Assembly: GCF_009914755.1 (NCBI RefSeq)
Contig: NC_060929.1
Source: the human T2T-CHM13v2.0 reference genome, Homo sapiens
Length of the DNA: 64,000 nucleotides
Reading direction: 5' to 3' (one strand)
Position numbers and translations under genes: made by a program. Shown piece by piece: positions 61,446 through 64,000 of the stretch. The notes under the pieces are model-generated. The model did no database searches and was not told where the DNA came from. It was given only the letters and a program-made list of their open reading frames with translations. How positions within the stretch are numbered: position 1 is the stretch's first letter; each line of letters opens with the position of its first letter.

Positions 61446-62689
61446 CTGAGTATCATCACCATCTGACCTCTCAACAGAAATCCTCAGCCTGGGGTGTCTG
61501 CTCAGTCCTCTCCATTTGAATTTCTCCAACATTGCTACCTATACTATTCGCTCGACTTACAATAATTATGTGGATATTTTTATTCCAATACACATATAAT
61601 CTTCTCTTTCAAATATGGTATTAATTTATCAAGAGCATAATGTGTATCATTTGCCATTGTTCATAGTAGTTGTCTAATACAGTGCTGAGGAAAATTAAGT
61701 GTTCAATAAATGCCACTTAAATAATGAGAAGAGTCAATTATGTCTCCAATCTTAAAAAGAACATACAGTGTTTTTCTGAGCAAACCTGTCAGAATGATAT
61801 AGTATTTATTTTGAATTAAAAAGCACCCATGTAGGAATTAACTAAAAATAAAGGAAGGCCTAGGCCATGGAAGACAATGAGGTAAAAGGAAGAATGTTGT
61901 TTGGTATCACAACTTGCTATTAAAATAAATAACTATTGTCTTTTTTGTTCCTTTTCAATACATGTCAACACATCAGGCTTATATTCTACATTTCTAAGTG
62001 TATCTTCTTCTAACTGAATTAATTTATGGAAGTGTTAACATACCCAAAGTTACCACATTTCTCCAAGCCACCCTGGGTGATAATTTAAAAAGCAGGTATC
62101 AGAAATTTGCCTGTGGCCAGGACCACAGTCAATGTGTTGCTGGAATTACGGTAACGGGCTGGCTTCTTTTGACATCAACAGCATGCTTTTCTTACCGCAA
62201 TTTGTTCCTCTATATTGTTTCATCATTATGAGTACTTGTTTAAAACCCATTTACAAAGCGGATTGCCAAGTATTGTCTAGAACTATCACAGGAGATTTAG
62301 GTGCGTGAAGTTCACGCTTGGTTGTTAGACTTTTAACTGCTTTTTGCATGCCAAGCATAGTTAATACTCAAAAATACCGTGCTCAAGGTGATGAAAGTTC
62401 AGTTTCCTCATGGCTGCCTTTACTTGCCTATTCTTCTCCCCACCCACCTTCAATTTTGGTTCCAGAAAACATACTGTCTCCCAATAGATTGTTAACATTC
62501 TTGGAAGCAATTCCAGTAAGGCTAGTTTTGTGGTGGTCTAATCCCTTCTAGCTGCACTCCAATTTGGCTTTTTATTGTTATTTCAAATAAAACGATTTTA
62601 CTGCCTCACCAGTTCCTCTGTGTAGTAAAAGTCTTAGAATATTCCCGATGCTGTTTTTTGAAATGAATAAATTCAGCCTTGGGGAAACT

Positions 62690-62910
62690 GCGGTGAGATT
62701 TTGGTGGTTACTGATATCATGCAAAAGAACTCATGACGAACCCGTGATTCAGTCGCGGCTACGCATGCAGGCGTGTCTGTACACATACTTACCAGCCCTG
62801 AGACCTGGCGACAGTGGAGCAGCGCTCTAGGGAACCCGGCCAGCGGGCTGATGTCCCACGGGCTCCACAGAGTCCTCCATCATTTGCAACCACTCTGACG
62901 CAAACATGCT
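62690..62910 (-). promoter_or_regulatory. CpG-retaining unique patch with a consensus 5' splice donor; candidate promoter/first exon or enhancer
   Basis: 13 CpG in ~210 bp; minus-strand CTG|GTAAGTAT at 62792; TGACGCAA and CGCATGCA motifs. Confidence 0.45.
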
Positions 62911-63541
62911 GCCAAACTGAAATTGAGAACATAGAAAACTTGACAGGACGATAGGGAAAGAAGGGGAGGAGGGTACATTAAAGAAGATTGGAAAAGAACA
63001 AAGAAAAGTAGAGATCAGTGTGGAAGGGCAACATTTCTCAACCATTATCAGCACTACCAGCCTTGCAAGACAAGATTCCCAGGGCCTTGTTCTGTCTTAA
63101 CACTATAATACAAAACTCGAGAGCCAATCTCTTACTCCACTGAGAATCAATTTGTTTATGTCACTCAGGAATGATATTGAGAAAAATATTGAATTGCTTT
63201 TAGTGAACAAATACTAGTTTGTGAGTTCAAAGCTTAGTTTTGATTAGGCTCATGAGTAAGTTGATCTGTGAGACTATCCAGGATGTGCTGCATTGTGAAA
63301 ATGTGTTTCCAGTTTTCATCCAGGCAGCCCTCTTTCCTGCCTTCTCCCTGCTCATCCAGACCACAATTACACTTGCTATTTGGAAGACTCTTCCTTTGAA
63401 AGCATTTAGAAGTATAAATAATGGTATGTTGGTTTCATCCGTCACAACTAAAAAAAAAAAATTACTTATTTTTTGATATAAGTACTTCTGTGGTATTTTA
63501 AAAATATTTTAATTATCGATTATTCTCTGGGACCCTGGGAC

Positions 63542-63810
63542 TTAGGAATTGATATAACAGTGAACGCAATCTTGACTGTAATTTTTGGTTTGTTCTTCAC
63601 AAACTTTCAGTGGCTGCAAAACAGTGTAAATTGAATTGGTCAGACTTCCTGTAAGGTAAGGTTAAAAACAGTTTAGGATTTAGGAATTGATATAACAGTG
63701 AACACAATGATCACTGAAATTTTTGGTTTGTTCCTTACAAACTTTCAGTGGCTGCAAAACAGTGTAAATGGAATTGGTCGGACTTCCTATAAGGTAAGGT
63801 TAAAAACAGT
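63542..63810 (+). repeat. Tandem duplication, 138-bp period, 2 copies
   Basis: TTAGGAATTGATATAACAGTGAAC...AAGGTAAGGTTAAAAACAGT at 63542 and 63680, roughly 90% identical. Confidence 0.93.
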
Positions 63811-64000
63811 ATGACCCAGAAAGCAGGGGACATGATTATAACCCCTGATTTTAGAAAAGTCACTATCAACTAGAGGTCTTAATGTGAGAATATAACTAAT
63901 TTAAAAATCATATTTTGGGTTTTTCCCTCAAGTATTTAGGGTAAAAAGAATCTCATGTTACTTGTTTCATTTAGTCAGATTTAAAGTTCATAATTACACC

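Overview
Primate (human-type) AT-rich intergenic DNA with no intact protein-coding gene. The main feature is a ~3.0 kb processed pseudogene of INTS6 (Integrator subunit 6) on the minus strand at 40924-43946, most likely INTS6P1, inserted with a 13-bp TSD into an essentially full-length Tigger1 transposon. The retrocopy lacks the normal coding exon 1 and starts instead with a ~245-bp CpG-rich leader that ends in a splice-acceptor-like tract. Also present are a full-length, ORF-disrupted L1PA4/5-type LINE-1 carrying an apparent 110-bp 3' transduction and an open ORF0, two 5'-inverted old L1s, a class III (ERVL-type) pol relic, about 17 Alu/FLAM elements, and L2, MIR, MER2, Tigger4a, MADE1, MER45 and MLT1 relics. 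Several short locally templated duplications (22-47 bp copied 1.4-2.2 kb away), two 100-140 bp tandem duplications and a CpG-retaining promoter-like patch with a consensus splice donor near 62.8 kb are the main unexplained structures. Subfamily calls rest on remembered consensus sequences and need RepeatMasker/Dfam confirmation. I see no evidence for a wholly new biological system.
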